From Candidatus Woesearchaeota archaeon (GTDB lineage Archaea; Nanobdellota; Nanobdellia; SCGC-AAA011-G17; GW2011-AR18), in assembly GCA_964430545.1 (NCBI GenBank), contig CAYSFG010000033.1, forward strand, positions 6,394 to 70,393: a stretch of DNA of 64,000 nucleotides, in the 5' to 3' direction. Position numbers and translations under genes: made by a program. The notes under the pieces were generated by a model that saw nothing but the letters and a program-made list of their open reading frames with translations, made no database searches and was not told where the DNA came from. Below are positions 9,733 through 18,878 of the stretch, in pieces (positions within the stretch are counted from its first letter, which is position 1; each line of letters starts with the position of its first letter).

Positions 9733-9818
9733 TGGACTTGTCGGGATTTTCGAAATTTTGTCGAACCCGAAGTTTCATCGACGCCAACGATGTGTATTAA
9801 CCATTCTACTACAAGCCC
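9733..9818 (-). tRNA. tRNA-Ala (anticodon GGC) with a 13-nt insertion in the T-loop
   Basis: Minus strand GGGCTTG TA GTAG AATGGTTAA TAC A CATCG TTGGCGT CGATG AAACT TCGGG [TTCGA CAAAATTTCGAAA AT] CCCGA CAAGTCC A. The G3:U70 wobble is the alanine identity pair and the anticodon loop is TTGGCGT. The T stem TCGGG/CCCGA encloses 20 nt instead of 7. Confidence 0.75.
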
Positions 9819-9854
9819 ATTAAAAGTTTAATACTAAACAATTTATTAATATAA

Positions 9855-11066
9855 CTAAAAATCAACATATTTACCATGTTTTATAACTTTATAAAATTCA
9901 TTATATTTATTTATATCTTCTTTTTCAGCTTTTATTAATGGTTTTCTGTGTATAACATGATTTACTAATGCCCAAGCAAAATATGGTGTAAAATCTATTA
10001 CTGATATTTGATCAACACCAGGTTCATCTTTTTTAAAGGCCATATTAGGATGGCTGTTTGACCCATGTATATTCATTTTATTATCTGCTATTATTTCATA
10101 TGCTCCCCTTGATGAAAATATCATATGAGACAACATAACATGTATTTGTTTAGGTCTTCCATCCATTTCTAATCCTAATACCATAGTTTTTTGTAAAGTT
10201 CCAAATGTATCTCCAATATCATCTATTCCTACTAATATTTTTCCTTCTATACCTTTAAAATTATTACTAGTTTCTGTTATTTCAGCAGTTATTTTTTTAG
10301 GATTATTAGGTTCTGCCCTATATTTATTGCAATATATTATAGAAGCATCAGTTAATCCAGAAAGTTCATAGAAGTGATCGACTGGTTTTTTTGCATTTTT
10401 GTCAGGTGCCAATATAACCAAATTTTTTCCATTTTCACCTATTTCTATCTTAGAATTTAATAAATAATTTGCCATTATTGGTATAGGATCTAGATTAAAT
10501 AATACTTGTTCTGGGCTGCATTGGTATATTTTACTATAAATTCTTTCCATTGCATCTGAATGTCTATCCATTGTCAGAACTTCTTTTATACCTGCATTGT
10601 AAAAACTTTTTACAGCAACTTCTAAACTAAAAGATTGTCCTTGCATAATTTCTATTTTTCTTTTCTTACCTTCTGAAATATTTTCATAGTTCTCTTCATA
10701 TTTTAAATTTGGATCTAAATCTTGTCTGTCAAATAAGTGTTCAGCTAATATTAAATATACTTCTTTTGCTCCTGATCTATATGCTGCATCTGCTAAAAAA
10801 GGTATTCTTCCAAATGCAGTCATTGTATCTAATTCAGTTTTTGTATAACTATATACTATACATGCTATTCTTCCAGAAAGTCTTTTTGGTCCTTCAAGCG
10901 TTTTTAATACATCAGTAATTGTTGGGCAGTATTCTCCATTGCTAAAACATATGTTTTTTACTAATTCATCTGGATCTATTACTCCAAAATTATTAGCTAA
11001 TCTTTTAGCAAAATTATCATTAGGTCTTAATGGTAAGAAAGCTAGTCCATCTCTTTCGTATTTCAT
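9855..11066 (-). CDS. prs: Ribose-phosphate pyrophosphokinase (PRPP synthetase)-like, with a C-terminal extension of about 90 aa
   Basis: RFSDGE-like FSNGEY, TMDRHS (the DxHS block), and PRPP-binding VGIDDIGDTFGTL. Total 403 aa against a typical ~300 aa. Confidence 0.55.
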   Translation of the reverse strand: MKYERDGLAFLPLRPNDNFAKRLANNFGVIDPDELVKNICFSNGEYCPTITDVLKTLEGPKRLSGRIACIVYSYTKTELDTMTAFGRIPFLADAAYRSGAKEVYLILAEHLFDRQDLDPNLKYEENYENISEGKKRKIEIMQGQSFSLEVAVKSFYNAGIKEVLTMDRHSDAMERIYSKIYQCSPEQVLFNLDPIPIMANYLLNSKIEIGENGKNLVILAPDKNAKKPVDHFYELSGLTDASIIYCNKYRAEPNNPKKITAEITETSNNFKGIEGKILVGIDDIGDTFGTLQKTMVLGLEMDGRPKQIHVMLSHMIFSSRGAYEIIADNKMNIHGSNSHPNMAFKKDEPGVDQISVIDFTPYFAWALVNHVIHRKPLIKAEKEDINKYNEFYKVIKHGKYVDF

Positions 11067-11120
11067 TATATTTTAGCAAAATTATCATTTTATAAACATT
11101 TGTAGAGTAGAAACTTATTG

Positions 11121-11672
11121 TTATTCAGTATATTTTTCTGTAATTTTTAAAAAAGTATTTTTAATATTTTTTTTAATATTAGGGATATAATTTAGTATAC
11201 CCTCTCTTAATGCTAAGTATGGTGGTATTAATATTAGGTCTGCAGAGATTGAAGAAACTACTGGTGAATATCCTTTTGTCATTAATATGCTTTGTATTGT
11301 ATCTCTGAATAAATGAAAGGTAATTAAAGCAGAAAAACCATTGATTGGTGCCATATTCAGAAGAAGGTCATATGTTGCTACACCAATTTTTCTAGAGTTA
11401 TATTTTTCTCCTTTAGTATATCTATTTCTATTTTCTTCTAAATATGTTAATAAAAATAATGATTCATATGCTAAAAATCCTAAACCATCTGATAATAAAC
11501 TTAGACCCCATGCATTTTTTATTAAACCTGATCCAAGGTCTGCTGTTTTTGCAGATATTAAAGTGCCAACAAAAAAACCAGCTGTTGTTGCGATTTTTCT
11601 ATTAGTTTTATTAATATCAGGCAAATAACTTACTTCTTCTGCTATAATTTCTAGTCTGCTTTTTAATCCCAT
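11121..11672 (-). CDS. Hypothetical protein
   Basis: ORF only. Partly hydrophobic, no recognisable motif. Confidence 0.3.
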   Translation of the reverse strand: MGLKSRLEIIAEEVSYLPDINKTNRKIATTAGFFVGTLISAKTADLGSGLIKNAWGLSLLSDGLGFLAYESLFLLTYLEENRNRYTKGEKYNSRKIGVATYDLLLNMAPINGFSALITFHLFRDTIQSILMTKGYSPVVSSISADLILIPPYLALREGILNYIPNIKKNIKNTFLKITEKYTE

Positions 11673-11705
11673 GTTTTTATAAAAATACTAAATATTTTTA
11701 AAACT

Positions 11706-13247
11706 TTACACTTTTTCAATTTTAGTTTCTATGAATTTACCAAAATATTTTAATTCCTTTTCTTCAGAAACTATTTTAGTTATTATCTCTTTTAAATCTT
11801 TTATTTTAATTCTTATTTGTTTCATATTGTCTCTATCTCTCAATGTTATATCTTCCTGATTTATACTTTCAAAATCTACTGTAATGCATAATTTTGTTCC
11901 AACTTCATCTTGTCTTCTATATCTTTTTCCTATACTTGCTGAATCATCATAAAAAACATTAAATCCTTCTTTAAATAAGTCTTTAAATATATTTTCTGAA
12001 ATTTCTGGTAGTTTATCTTTATTTACTAATGGAAAAACAGCAACATCAATAGGTGATAGATGTGATGGAAAGTTAAATAATGTTCTTTCTTTTTCTTCTT
12101 TATAAAATGCATCTAGTAATGCCCATATGTTTCTGTCTACTCCAAAACTTAATTCTAAAATATGTGGTATGAATTTTTTTACTTTTTCATTTTCATCTAT
12201 TGTCACTTCCAATTTTACTCCAGAACCTAATTGGTGTCCTCCTAGATCATGGTTTGTTCTATAATGAACACCACCTATCTCTTTGAACCCGCCTAATGTT
12301 TCTAAATTTAATTCTACATCAAAATGTATTTTATTATAAAAAGCTCTTTCTTCTGCTTTTAGTTCTCTAAATCTAAATATATTTTCAGGTATTTTTATTT
12401 TTTCTAAATAAAACTTCTGTACCATTGCCATGTGATAGATATAAAATTTTGGAAATTTTAGTTTTTCATTCATTTCTTTGCATGTTATTTTTTTTATCTT
12501 CTTATCTGAATAAATAATTAAATTATAATCTTTTATTTTATTGTAATCTTGGTGCTCGTTTATTTTTTCTGGATCAAAGAATATTTGTATTTCTGCTTGA
12601 ACAAATTCTCTTAATCTAAAAAATCCTTGTCTCGGACTTATTTCGTTTCTATAAACTCTTCCAATTTCAGCCAATCCTAAGGGTAATTTTCTTCTTGTTG
12701 CTTCGAACTCTCTTTTAAATGCTAAAAAAGGATTTTGCGCAGATTCAGGACGCAGCATCATCAAATCATCTCCTGTTGCTCCTACTTTTATATCAAACAT
12801 CATATTAAAAAAACGAACATCCATTAAGTTTCCTTTACAATTAGGACATTTCAATTTATTATCTTTTATTAATTTTGTTAATGCTTCTTCTTTTAATCCT
12901 CCAACATCTAATTTAGTTTCATCTTCTAATATTTGATCTGCCCTGAATCTAAAATGGCATTTTTGACATTCTGTCATTGGATCAGTAAAATTTTTTAAGT
13001 GCCCTGAACTTTCAAATACTTTTTTTGGCATTATAGTACAATCATCTATTTCATAAAAATTAGAATTTAATCCTAAAAAATATTTTCTCCATAAGTTTTC
13101 CCATTTGTGTTTAATTTTAGTCCCTAGACTACCATATGTCCAGAATCCTGCTTTGCCTCCATAAATTTCAGCACTAGGATAGATTAAACCACGTTTAGTT
13201 GCAATATCTATTATTTTTTCATATCTTGATTTTTCCTTATTTTCCAT
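11706..13247 (-). CDS. glyS: Glycyl-tRNA synthetase (archaeal/eukaryotic dimeric type)
   Basis: N-terminus KRGLIYPSAEIYGGKAGFWTYGSLG, class II aaRS core and anticodon-binding C-terminus. 513 aa. Confidence 0.9.
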   Translation of the reverse strand: MENKEKSRYEKIIDIATKRGLIYPSAEIYGGKAGFWTYGSLGTKIKHKWENLWRKYFLGLNSNFYEIDDCTIMPKKVFESSGHLKNFTDPMTECQKCHFRFRADQILEDETKLDVGGLKEEALTKLIKDNKLKCPNCKGNLMDVRFFNMMFDIKVGATGDDLMMLRPESAQNPFLAFKREFEATRRKLPLGLAEIGRVYRNEISPRQGFFRLREFVQAEIQIFFDPEKINEHQDYNKIKDYNLIIYSDKKIKKITCKEMNEKLKFPKFYIYHMAMVQKFYLEKIKIPENIFRFRELKAEERAFYNKIHFDVELNLETLGGFKEIGGVHYRTNHDLGGHQLGSGVKLEVTIDENEKVKKFIPHILELSFGVDRNIWALLDAFYKEEKERTLFNFPSHLSPIDVAVFPLVNKDKLPEISENIFKDLFKEGFNVFYDDSASIGKRYRRQDEVGTKLCITVDFESINQEDITLRDRDNMKQIRIKIKDLKEIITKIVSEEKELKYFGKFIETKIEKV

Positions 13248-13392
13248 TGGATTTAGAATTAAATTACTAGTATTTAAAAGTTGATGTTAAACATTTTTTT
13301 CTAAAGAAAAGAATATTTTAAATTGGTAGATAGTAATATTATCTAAATAAACTTTCAGTAACACTTATAAAACTTATTTAAATATCTATTTT

Positions 13393-14391
13393 ATGAGCTT
13401 AAATAAGTTTGACTTCCAAGAAGAAAAAGCTATTGAAGAAATAAAAAAAAGAAATGCTAAATTAGTTTTAATACAGTTGCCAGAAGGGCTAAAACAAGAA
13501 GCATTAAGAATAGCAACTAACTTAGAAAAAGAAGCTAATTGTCAAGTAATTGTTTCTGGTGATAGTTGTTGGGGTGCTTGTGATGTTACTATAGATGATG
13601 CTAAAAATTTAAAAGTGGATTTAATTGTTCATTTTGGTCATGCTCAATTTATTAAAATAAATTACCCTATTGTTTATATTGAGATTAAAGATAAAACAGA
13701 TATTATGCCTTTATTAAAACAATCTTTAAAATTATTAAAAAAATTTATTAATATTGGTTTAGTGGGTAGTGTTCAGCATTTGCATAAATTTCCTGAAGCC
13801 AAGAATTTTCTAGAGTCATATAATAAAAAAATAATAATTCCTGAAAAAAAAGGTTTTGCTGCTTATGATGGTCATGTTGTAGGTTGTGAATATAACTCTT
13901 TAAAATTAATTCAAGATGAAGTTGATTGTTTTTTGGTTATTGGAAATCAGTTCCATTCTTTAGGTGCAGCTATGTCAGTTACAAAACCAGTTTTTTTGAT
14001 TGATGTTTATAATAATGAACTTGTTGATATGGAAAAATTAAAAAACAAAGTTATAAAACAAAGGTTTGCTGCTATTGAAAAAATTAAAAGTTCTAAAAAT
14101 ATAGGAATTATTGTTGGTATTAAACCAGGTCAAAGATTTGGTAATTTTAAAGTTATAATTAATAAATTTAGAAAAATAGGTAAGAATGTTATTATTATTA
14201 CTATGAATGAAATGACCAAGGATAAATTGATTAATTTTTATAATATTGAAGGTTTTATTGAATTAGCTTGTCCTAGAATAGCAGTTGAAGATTATGATAA
14301 ATATGAAAAACCTATAATTACATTTCGTGAATCTTTAGTTGTTCTTAATGAATTAAAATGGGAAGATTTGATAGAGAAAGGATTTTTATAA
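13393..14391 (+). CDS. dph2: 2-(3-amino-3-carboxypropyl)histidine synthase (diphthamide biosynthesis Dph2)
   Basis: VSGDSCWGACDV Fe-S cysteine block and the three-repeat architecture typical of Dph2. Confidence 0.8.
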   Translation: MSLNKFDFQEEKAIEEIKKRNAKLVLIQLPEGLKQEALRIATNLEKEANCQVIVSGDSCWGACDVTIDDAKNLKVDLIVHFGHAQFIKINYPIVYIEIKDKTDIMPLLKQSLKLLKKFINIGLVGSVQHLHKFPEAKNFLESYNKKIIIPEKKGFAAYDGHVVGCEYNSLKLIQDEVDCFLVIGNQFHSLGAAMSVTKPVFLIDVYNNELVDMEKLKNKVIKQRFAAIEKIKSSKNIGIIVGIKPGQRFGNFKVIINKFRKIGKNVIIITMNEMTKDKLINFYNIEGFIELACPRIAVEDYDKYEKPIITFRESLVVLNELKWEDLIEKGFL

Positions 14392-14487
14392 TAAAGAAAA
14401 GGTTTTTGATAACTTAGAAAAATTAAATGTATATGGTAAATATACAATTTTTTAGTATTCAATTAATCATATTTTTTTGTATTAATT

Positions 14488-14811
14488 TTATAATCCTAAA
14501 TAGTCTCTAATTCCATTTGTTCCTGGAAGTTCATATTGTTTGTTTTTATTATATTTATTCCATCTTTTTGCAGCATTTTTTAAACTTAAATCAGAATAAC
14601 TTGTAATTGTAGAATTAGGTATAGTATTAAAATAAATTCTAGATATTAAATTACATGATTTTAAATCTTCAATTTTTTCTTCAGGTAGATTATTTATTAC
14701 AAAACCTAATTGATTAGAACCGAAGCTAGTGAATTTTAAATCTTTAATTATATCAATTAATTCTTCTCTCTTACTCGAATTTCTCAATCTCAAAAAAACA
14801 TTTTTGTTCAT
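14488..14811 (-). CDS. Hypothetical protein (107 aa)
   Basis: ORF with a 4-nt overlap to the upstream ZPR1 gene. Confidence 0.3.
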   Translation of the reverse strand: MNKNVFLRLRNSSKREELIDIIKDLKFTSFGSNQLGFVINNLPEEKIEDLKSCNLISRIYFNTIPNSTITSYSDLSLKNAAKRWNKYNKNKQYELPGTNGIRDYLGL

Positions 14812-15392
14812 TTCTTTTTCCCATTTAAATTACTTATAATTGTCTTTTCAGATATTATTGCTGAATTTCCAGATGGATCTTCTATAATCATCATTAATTT
14901 TTCATTCCCACATTCTACTTTCCATAATTTTTTTAATAAATTCTTAGCTTTTTTTCTAATACTATCTTCATCTGTTGCATCTCTTTCAACTTCTAATATA
15001 TGTTTAAATTTTTTTAATACCCCTTCTATATTGCTTACATATCCATCACTTGCTATTCCAGGTTCTACACTCATTTTCATTTGGGGGATTTTTACTGTTG
15101 CTTCTGAACCCTTTACTACTCTAACATTTAAGTCTTTACTATTTTCTATTGTAAATTCTATTTTAGAAGCCTTTCCTTGTTTTTCTGCTTCAACATCATT
15201 TTGTTTATAATTACATTCTGTGTTTTTGCATTGCATTCCAAAAATAAAAACTTTTCCAAAATAAGGTATATCTTGTTCTGTTTCATATAACATTAATGTA
15301 TCTTTTTGACACATAGGGCATTTTTCGTTTTCTATTGTGTCTAATTTTAATTTGCTTAAATCCATTTCACTTGAAATTTCTTCTTTGTTCAT
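14808..15392 (-). CDS. ZPR1-type zinc-finger protein
   Basis: CPMCQKDTLMLYETEQDIPYFGKVFIFGMQCKNTEC is the C4 ZPR1 zinc ribbon followed by the ZPR1 beta-domain. Confidence 0.7.
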   Translation of the reverse strand: MNKEEISSEMDLSKLKLDTIENEKCPMCQKDTLMLYETEQDIPYFGKVFIFGMQCKNTECNYKQNDVEAEKQGKASKIEFTIENSKDLNVRVVKGSEATVKIPQMKMSVEPGIASDGYVSNIEGVLKKFKHILEVERDATDEDSIRKKAKNLLKKLWKVECGNEKLMMIIEDPSGNSAIISEKTIISNLNGKKK

Positions 15393-15455
15393 ATAATATT
15401 GATATAAAATAACATTTATAAAGATTTTGAATTAGATTTTTTTAGAAAAATAAAA

Positions 15456-15761
15456 TTAATATCTAGCGTCACAATAGTCATCACCGCTACAACTACCGTC
15501 ACAATCTGCTGCATCATTTTTAAACCAAATATCTTTGTCTAATTTACCAAAATTTTCTTCTGCAAATTTTTTAGTTTTATTATATTTGCTAGTTTCATTT
15601 CTATTGGATGGTCTGTGATTTATAAATTTTCCAAAATAAACATCACAAAAGTTTCTATATTCATTTGTGTGTAATATAAATTCATGCCAAACATTATCAA
15701 GTTTTACAGATGGTGCAGACGGTTCTTTTCTTTGTGAGCATACCCAAAGGAATTTCAACAT
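15456..15761 (-). CDS. Hypothetical protein with a Cys-rich C-terminus
   Basis: ORF ending CDGSCSGDDYCDARY. Confidence 0.3.
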   Translation of the reverse strand: MLKFLWVCSQRKEPSAPSVKLDNVWHEFILHTNEYRNFCDVYFGKFINHRPSNRNETSKYNKTKKFAEENFGKLDKDIWFKNDAADCDGSCSGDDYCDARY

Positions 15762-15917
15762 TTCATTAAAATGCTTTTGTGCTAATTTGTTAGATAAATT
15801 ATACTTCTTTCCTTAGCGCATAATTATGTTTGGATTCTTATAATTTAATAAATTCTCAAATAGTTTTGTTTTATTCATTTTTTTTACATATATTATTAAA
15901 AATAATTTAATAAATAA

Positions 15918-16325
15918 TTATTGTCTAGAATCATTAGGGTTTAAATTTAAAGAACCTTCTTCTACTCCCCTATAAATTGTTGCAAAACTTGGGCACACAA
16001 CTATCCAGTCTTCTCCAAATCCTGCAATGTCTCCTTCTATTGTATCACATGTTTTTTTTAATTTTGAAACTGCTCTTTTTAATTCAACTAAATCTTTATC
16101 TTTTAATGGTTTAATATTTATTAATGCAACTGTATAGCCTTCTCTTAATGCATCTAATGCTGGTTTAATATCGGCAAAATCTTCAACAACAAAATTTCTT
16201 ACCACAACTTTTGCTTTTCCACTTCTATCAACTGGTTTAGAATTTATTTCTACATAGTCATCATTGAATTCATCAGAAGGCTGTTGTTTGCTTCCTGCAA
16301 AGATTTTATCAAATATTCCTACCAT
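15918..16325 (-). CDS. sepF: Cell division protein SepF
   Basis: KPALDALREGYTVALINIKPL...GDIAGFGEDWIVVCP is the SepF/DUF552 core. Confidence 0.75.
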   Translation of the reverse strand: MVGIFDKIFAGSKQQPSDEFNDDYVEINSKPVDRSGKAKVVVRNFVVEDFADIKPALDALREGYTVALINIKPLKDKDLVELKRAVSKLKKTCDTIEGDIAGFGEDWIVVCPSFATIYRGVEEGSLNLNPNDSRQ

Positions 16326-16692
16326 TTTAATAGTGTATAGTGTGAATGAGATATATAAACATTTCTGTTTTATTATCTAATAGTAAAAAACTAGCAAATG
16401 GAGTATATTTTTTTTGATATAACTATTATAATATCTATTTTTTATTTAAAATCTTTAATTTCTGTAAATAGTCTCCAACTTTTGCTTAATTTTTAGTGAT
16501 TTTAATATTAATAGACGCCTTAAAATTTAAAAAATTATAATAAAAATTGAAAGAATGTTGAACTTCAAGTTTTAGGAATAGTTATTTAAAATAATTAATG
16601 TTATTTATTACAACAATATGAAATAATTATTCATAATTTAATTTTATACAATATTTATAATAAAAAAACTTTAGTTATTATTTCTAAAATAT

Positions 16693-16947
16693 TTATTCAC
16701 TCTCTAATTTAGAAACAACATTCCAAATCTGCATTCTTGTATATTGAGGTAGATTGGGGTCATCAGCTATATATCCTAATTGTTCCAATGATTTATCTAT
16801 TCTTATATTTATATTTGTTTCATTTTCACTTGTTAAAATTTCTATTGCTGTTTTTATTCTTATTCTTACATTTTTAGGAACAGATACATCGGTTTCAATA
16901 TTATTAAGCCATTCAATTATATCATGTAAAACTTCTACTGTTACCAT
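16693..16947 (-). CDS. Small conserved archaeal protein (UPF0147-like)
   Basis: 84 aa helical protein VPKNVRIRIKTAIEIL...DPNLPQYTRMQIWNV, immediately downstream of prefoldin beta. Confidence 0.45.
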   Translation of the reverse strand: MVTVEVLHDIIEWLNNIETDVSVPKNVRIRIKTAIEILTSENETNINIRIDKSLEQLGYIADDPNLPQYTRMQIWNVVSKLESE

Positions 16948-17283
16948 TCATTCTCCTTTACTTTTTAGTTCAGACATTACATCTGATTGTATTCTAGAAG
17001 CTTTTTCTTTTAATTGATTTTCTTGTTTTTCAATACTCTTTATTCTAATTTCCACTATTTCTTTTTTAGATTCTAATTCTCCTTTTAATATGTCTTTCTC
17101 TCCTGTAACCATTATTGCACCAATTATTTTGTATACTTTGCCTTTTGACTTTTCTATTTCGTCTATAGAATTATTTAATTCTATCATTTGTGATTGGAAT
17201 TGTTGTTTTTGCATTAATATTTGTTGTATATTTTGATCAAGCATTTGCAACTGTGTGATCTTTTCATTATTTTCAGCTTTCAT
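16948..17283 (-). CDS. pfdB: Prefoldin beta subunit
   Basis: Coiled-coil protein with the central beta hairpin GKVYKIIGAIMVTGEKD. Confidence 0.75.
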   Translation of the reverse strand: MKAENNEKITQLQMLDQNIQQILMQKQQFQSQMIELNNSIDEIEKSKGKVYKIIGAIMVTGEKDILKGELESKKEIVEIRIKSIEKQENQLKEKASRIQSDVMSELKSKGE

Positions 17284-17293
17284 TTTTATTTAC

Positions 17294-17431
17294 CTAGATT
17301 GCATCAACTACTGTGCTTATCGTTCTTGCTTTATATAATATCTTAGAACCACAATATAGACATCTTACTCTTTTTTTAACTGTCCCAGAATCTATTTCTT
17401 TTTGACATTCTAAACACATATACATAACCAT
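17294..17431 (-). CDS. rpoP: DNA-directed RNA polymerase subunit Rpo12 (RpoP); 45 aa, below the ORF-track cutoff
   Basis: Minus-strand translation MVMYMCLECQKEIDSGTVKKRVRCLYCGSKILYKARTISTVVDAI is a CxxC...CxxC zinc ribbon. It sits next to L37ae, as in conserved archaeal clusters. Confidence 0.7.
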   Translation of the reverse strand: MVMYMCLECQKEIDSGTVKKRVRCLYCGSKILYKARTISTVVDAI

Positions 17432-17433
17432 TT

Positions 17434-17652
17434 TTATTCTCCTAGGTAAAAAGCTTTACCTGTAAATTTATGATTACATTTATTACAAAACCATATTCCT
17501 TTACTTAGTCTCTTTACATTTAATTTATTGCATGATGGGCATTCATATTTTTTTTTTTGTTTTTTTTCTATTGCTAAAACTTTTTGTTTTATTGTTAAAC
17601 CATATCTTACACCAAATCTTCCTGTTGATCCTACTTTCTTTGTTGACGTCAT
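17434..17652 (-). CDS. rpl37ae: 50S ribosomal protein L37Ae (eL43)
   Basis: MTSTKKVGSTGRFGVRYG and zinc ribbon CPSCNK...CNKCNHKF. Confidence 0.85.
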   Translation of the reverse strand: MTSTKKVGSTGRFGVRYGLTIKQKVLAIEKKQKKKYECPSCNKLNVKRLSKGIWFCNKCNHKFTGKAFYLGE

Positions 17653-17803
17653 TTTTAGACCTATTTAACGTGGAGTTTAGGGGGATTTATAAAGTTATCT
17701 GGTCTTATATCGAGAATAAATTAAGTTTATTTATTAAATAATTAAAAAAAGAATAAGGTTACAGGAATTAAAATTAGGTGTTTTTAGATTTAAAATAAAA
17801 ATA

Positions 17804-17850
17804 TGAGGCTGCCCGGATTTGAACCGGGATCTCAAGGTCCCAAACCTCGG
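17804..17850 (-). tRNA. tRNA-Pro(UGG)-like 3' half (position 26 through 3' end) with no 5' half nearby; split-tRNA half or tRNA fragment
   Basis: Minus strand C CGAGG TTTGGGA CCTTG AGAT CCCGG TTCAAAT CCGGG CAGCCTC A is a perfect anticodon arm (anticodon TGG) plus T arm plus 3' acceptor strand. The complementary 5' acceptor GAGGCTG and a D arm are absent within about 400 nt on either side. Confidence 0.5.
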
Positions 17851-18197
17851 GTTCTAACCAAGTTATACTACAAATACAGTTCAAAGGCCAAAACCTATTG
17901 AATCCCCATTATATTAACTTGGGCCCAAATTATTGGATTATGAAGACTTAATAAAGTTTACTTTATGTAACTTATTTCATCAATAAACCTATTTACTCAA
18001 TTCATTTTAATTGTAAATCTAATATCTATTGTATGTTTGTTATCTTTATTTCTTCTTCTGAGGATTATTTAATTTAGTATTATAATTTTTTTTGATTTCA
18101 TTTTCTAATATTAATTATTAGGTTTATAAAATTCTATTGTGTAGTTGGTAAGATCATTTAATAATATAAGATATATTAATTTTAAAAAATGTTAAAT

Positions 18198-18794
18198 TTA
18201 TTTTATTTTTTTATTTAATATTTCTTCAGTAATATCATCCCAAGAATAAACTCTTTTAATATTTTTAGGTAAGTCATTTTCTTGATTCCAGGTATAGTCT
18301 AATAATAATATTTTTTCAACTTCAGATGCACAATCTATCGCATTTTCAATAGAATCTTCTATCATAATTTCTATATCTAAACATTTACACACTTCTGATT
18401 TTTTATTGCTAATTCCATTTAAACTAGATTGATTTGTTAAATATAATCCAGAAAATTTATTCCAATAATGTTTTTCTATCCATTTTGCTGTATTTTCATG
18501 CAATTTATTAGGTCTTGAACTTATTAGATATAATTCATCACCATTTTCTTTTAATTTTTTTACACCTTCTTGTGCCCCTTTTAATGGCTTAATATTATTA
18601 TTAAACTTGTTAGTTTTATAAAATTTTTCTAGTCTATTTAATTCTTCTTCTTTCGAACACTTCCAGAATTTTCTAAGTCCATAAGAATTTATTTCTTCTA
18701 CCCTTAAGTTAATATTATACAATGAATTTGTATATTCTAATAATGGGGTTATAAATTCTGCTAGTACATCATCAATATCTATTCCTATTTTCAT
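18198..18794 (-). CDS. HAD-like 5'(3')-deoxyribonucleotidase family protein
   Basis: MKIGIDIDDVLAEF (the DxD motif I of NT5C-type nucleotidases). Confidence 0.55.
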   Translation of the reverse strand: MKIGIDIDDVLAEFITPLLEYTNSLYNINLRVEEINSYGLRKFWKCSKEEELNRLEKFYKTNKFNNNIKPLKGAQEGVKKLKENGDELYLISSRPNKLHENTAKWIEKHYWNKFSGLYLTNQSSLNGISNKKSEVCKCLDIEIMIEDSIENAIDCASEVEKILLLDYTWNQENDLPKNIKRVYSWDDITEEILNKKIK

Positions 18795-18878
18795 TAAAAA
18801 TAAAATTTTAGTTGCTTAATTTAAATATTTGTATAGTCTAACATAAACTTTATATACAATACAAAATAATTAAATTGC

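Noticed and set aside
10709-10918. Plus-strand ORF inside the PRPP synthetase gene
   Set aside because: Antisense to an ORF with catalytic motifs. Ile/Leu-rich composition.
11341-11628. Plus-strand ORF inside the hypothetical gene at 11121..11672
   Set aside because: Either strand could code here. The minus-strand frame is longer and co-directional with neighbours. Neither is well supported, so only the longer is listed, at low confidence.
16754-17017. Plus-strand ORF spanning the prefoldin/UPF0147 junction
   Set aside because: Antisense across two co-oriented minus-strand genes.
17532-17741. Plus-strand ORF over the L37ae gene
   Set aside because: Antisense to a ribosomal protein gene with a clear zinc-ribbon signature.
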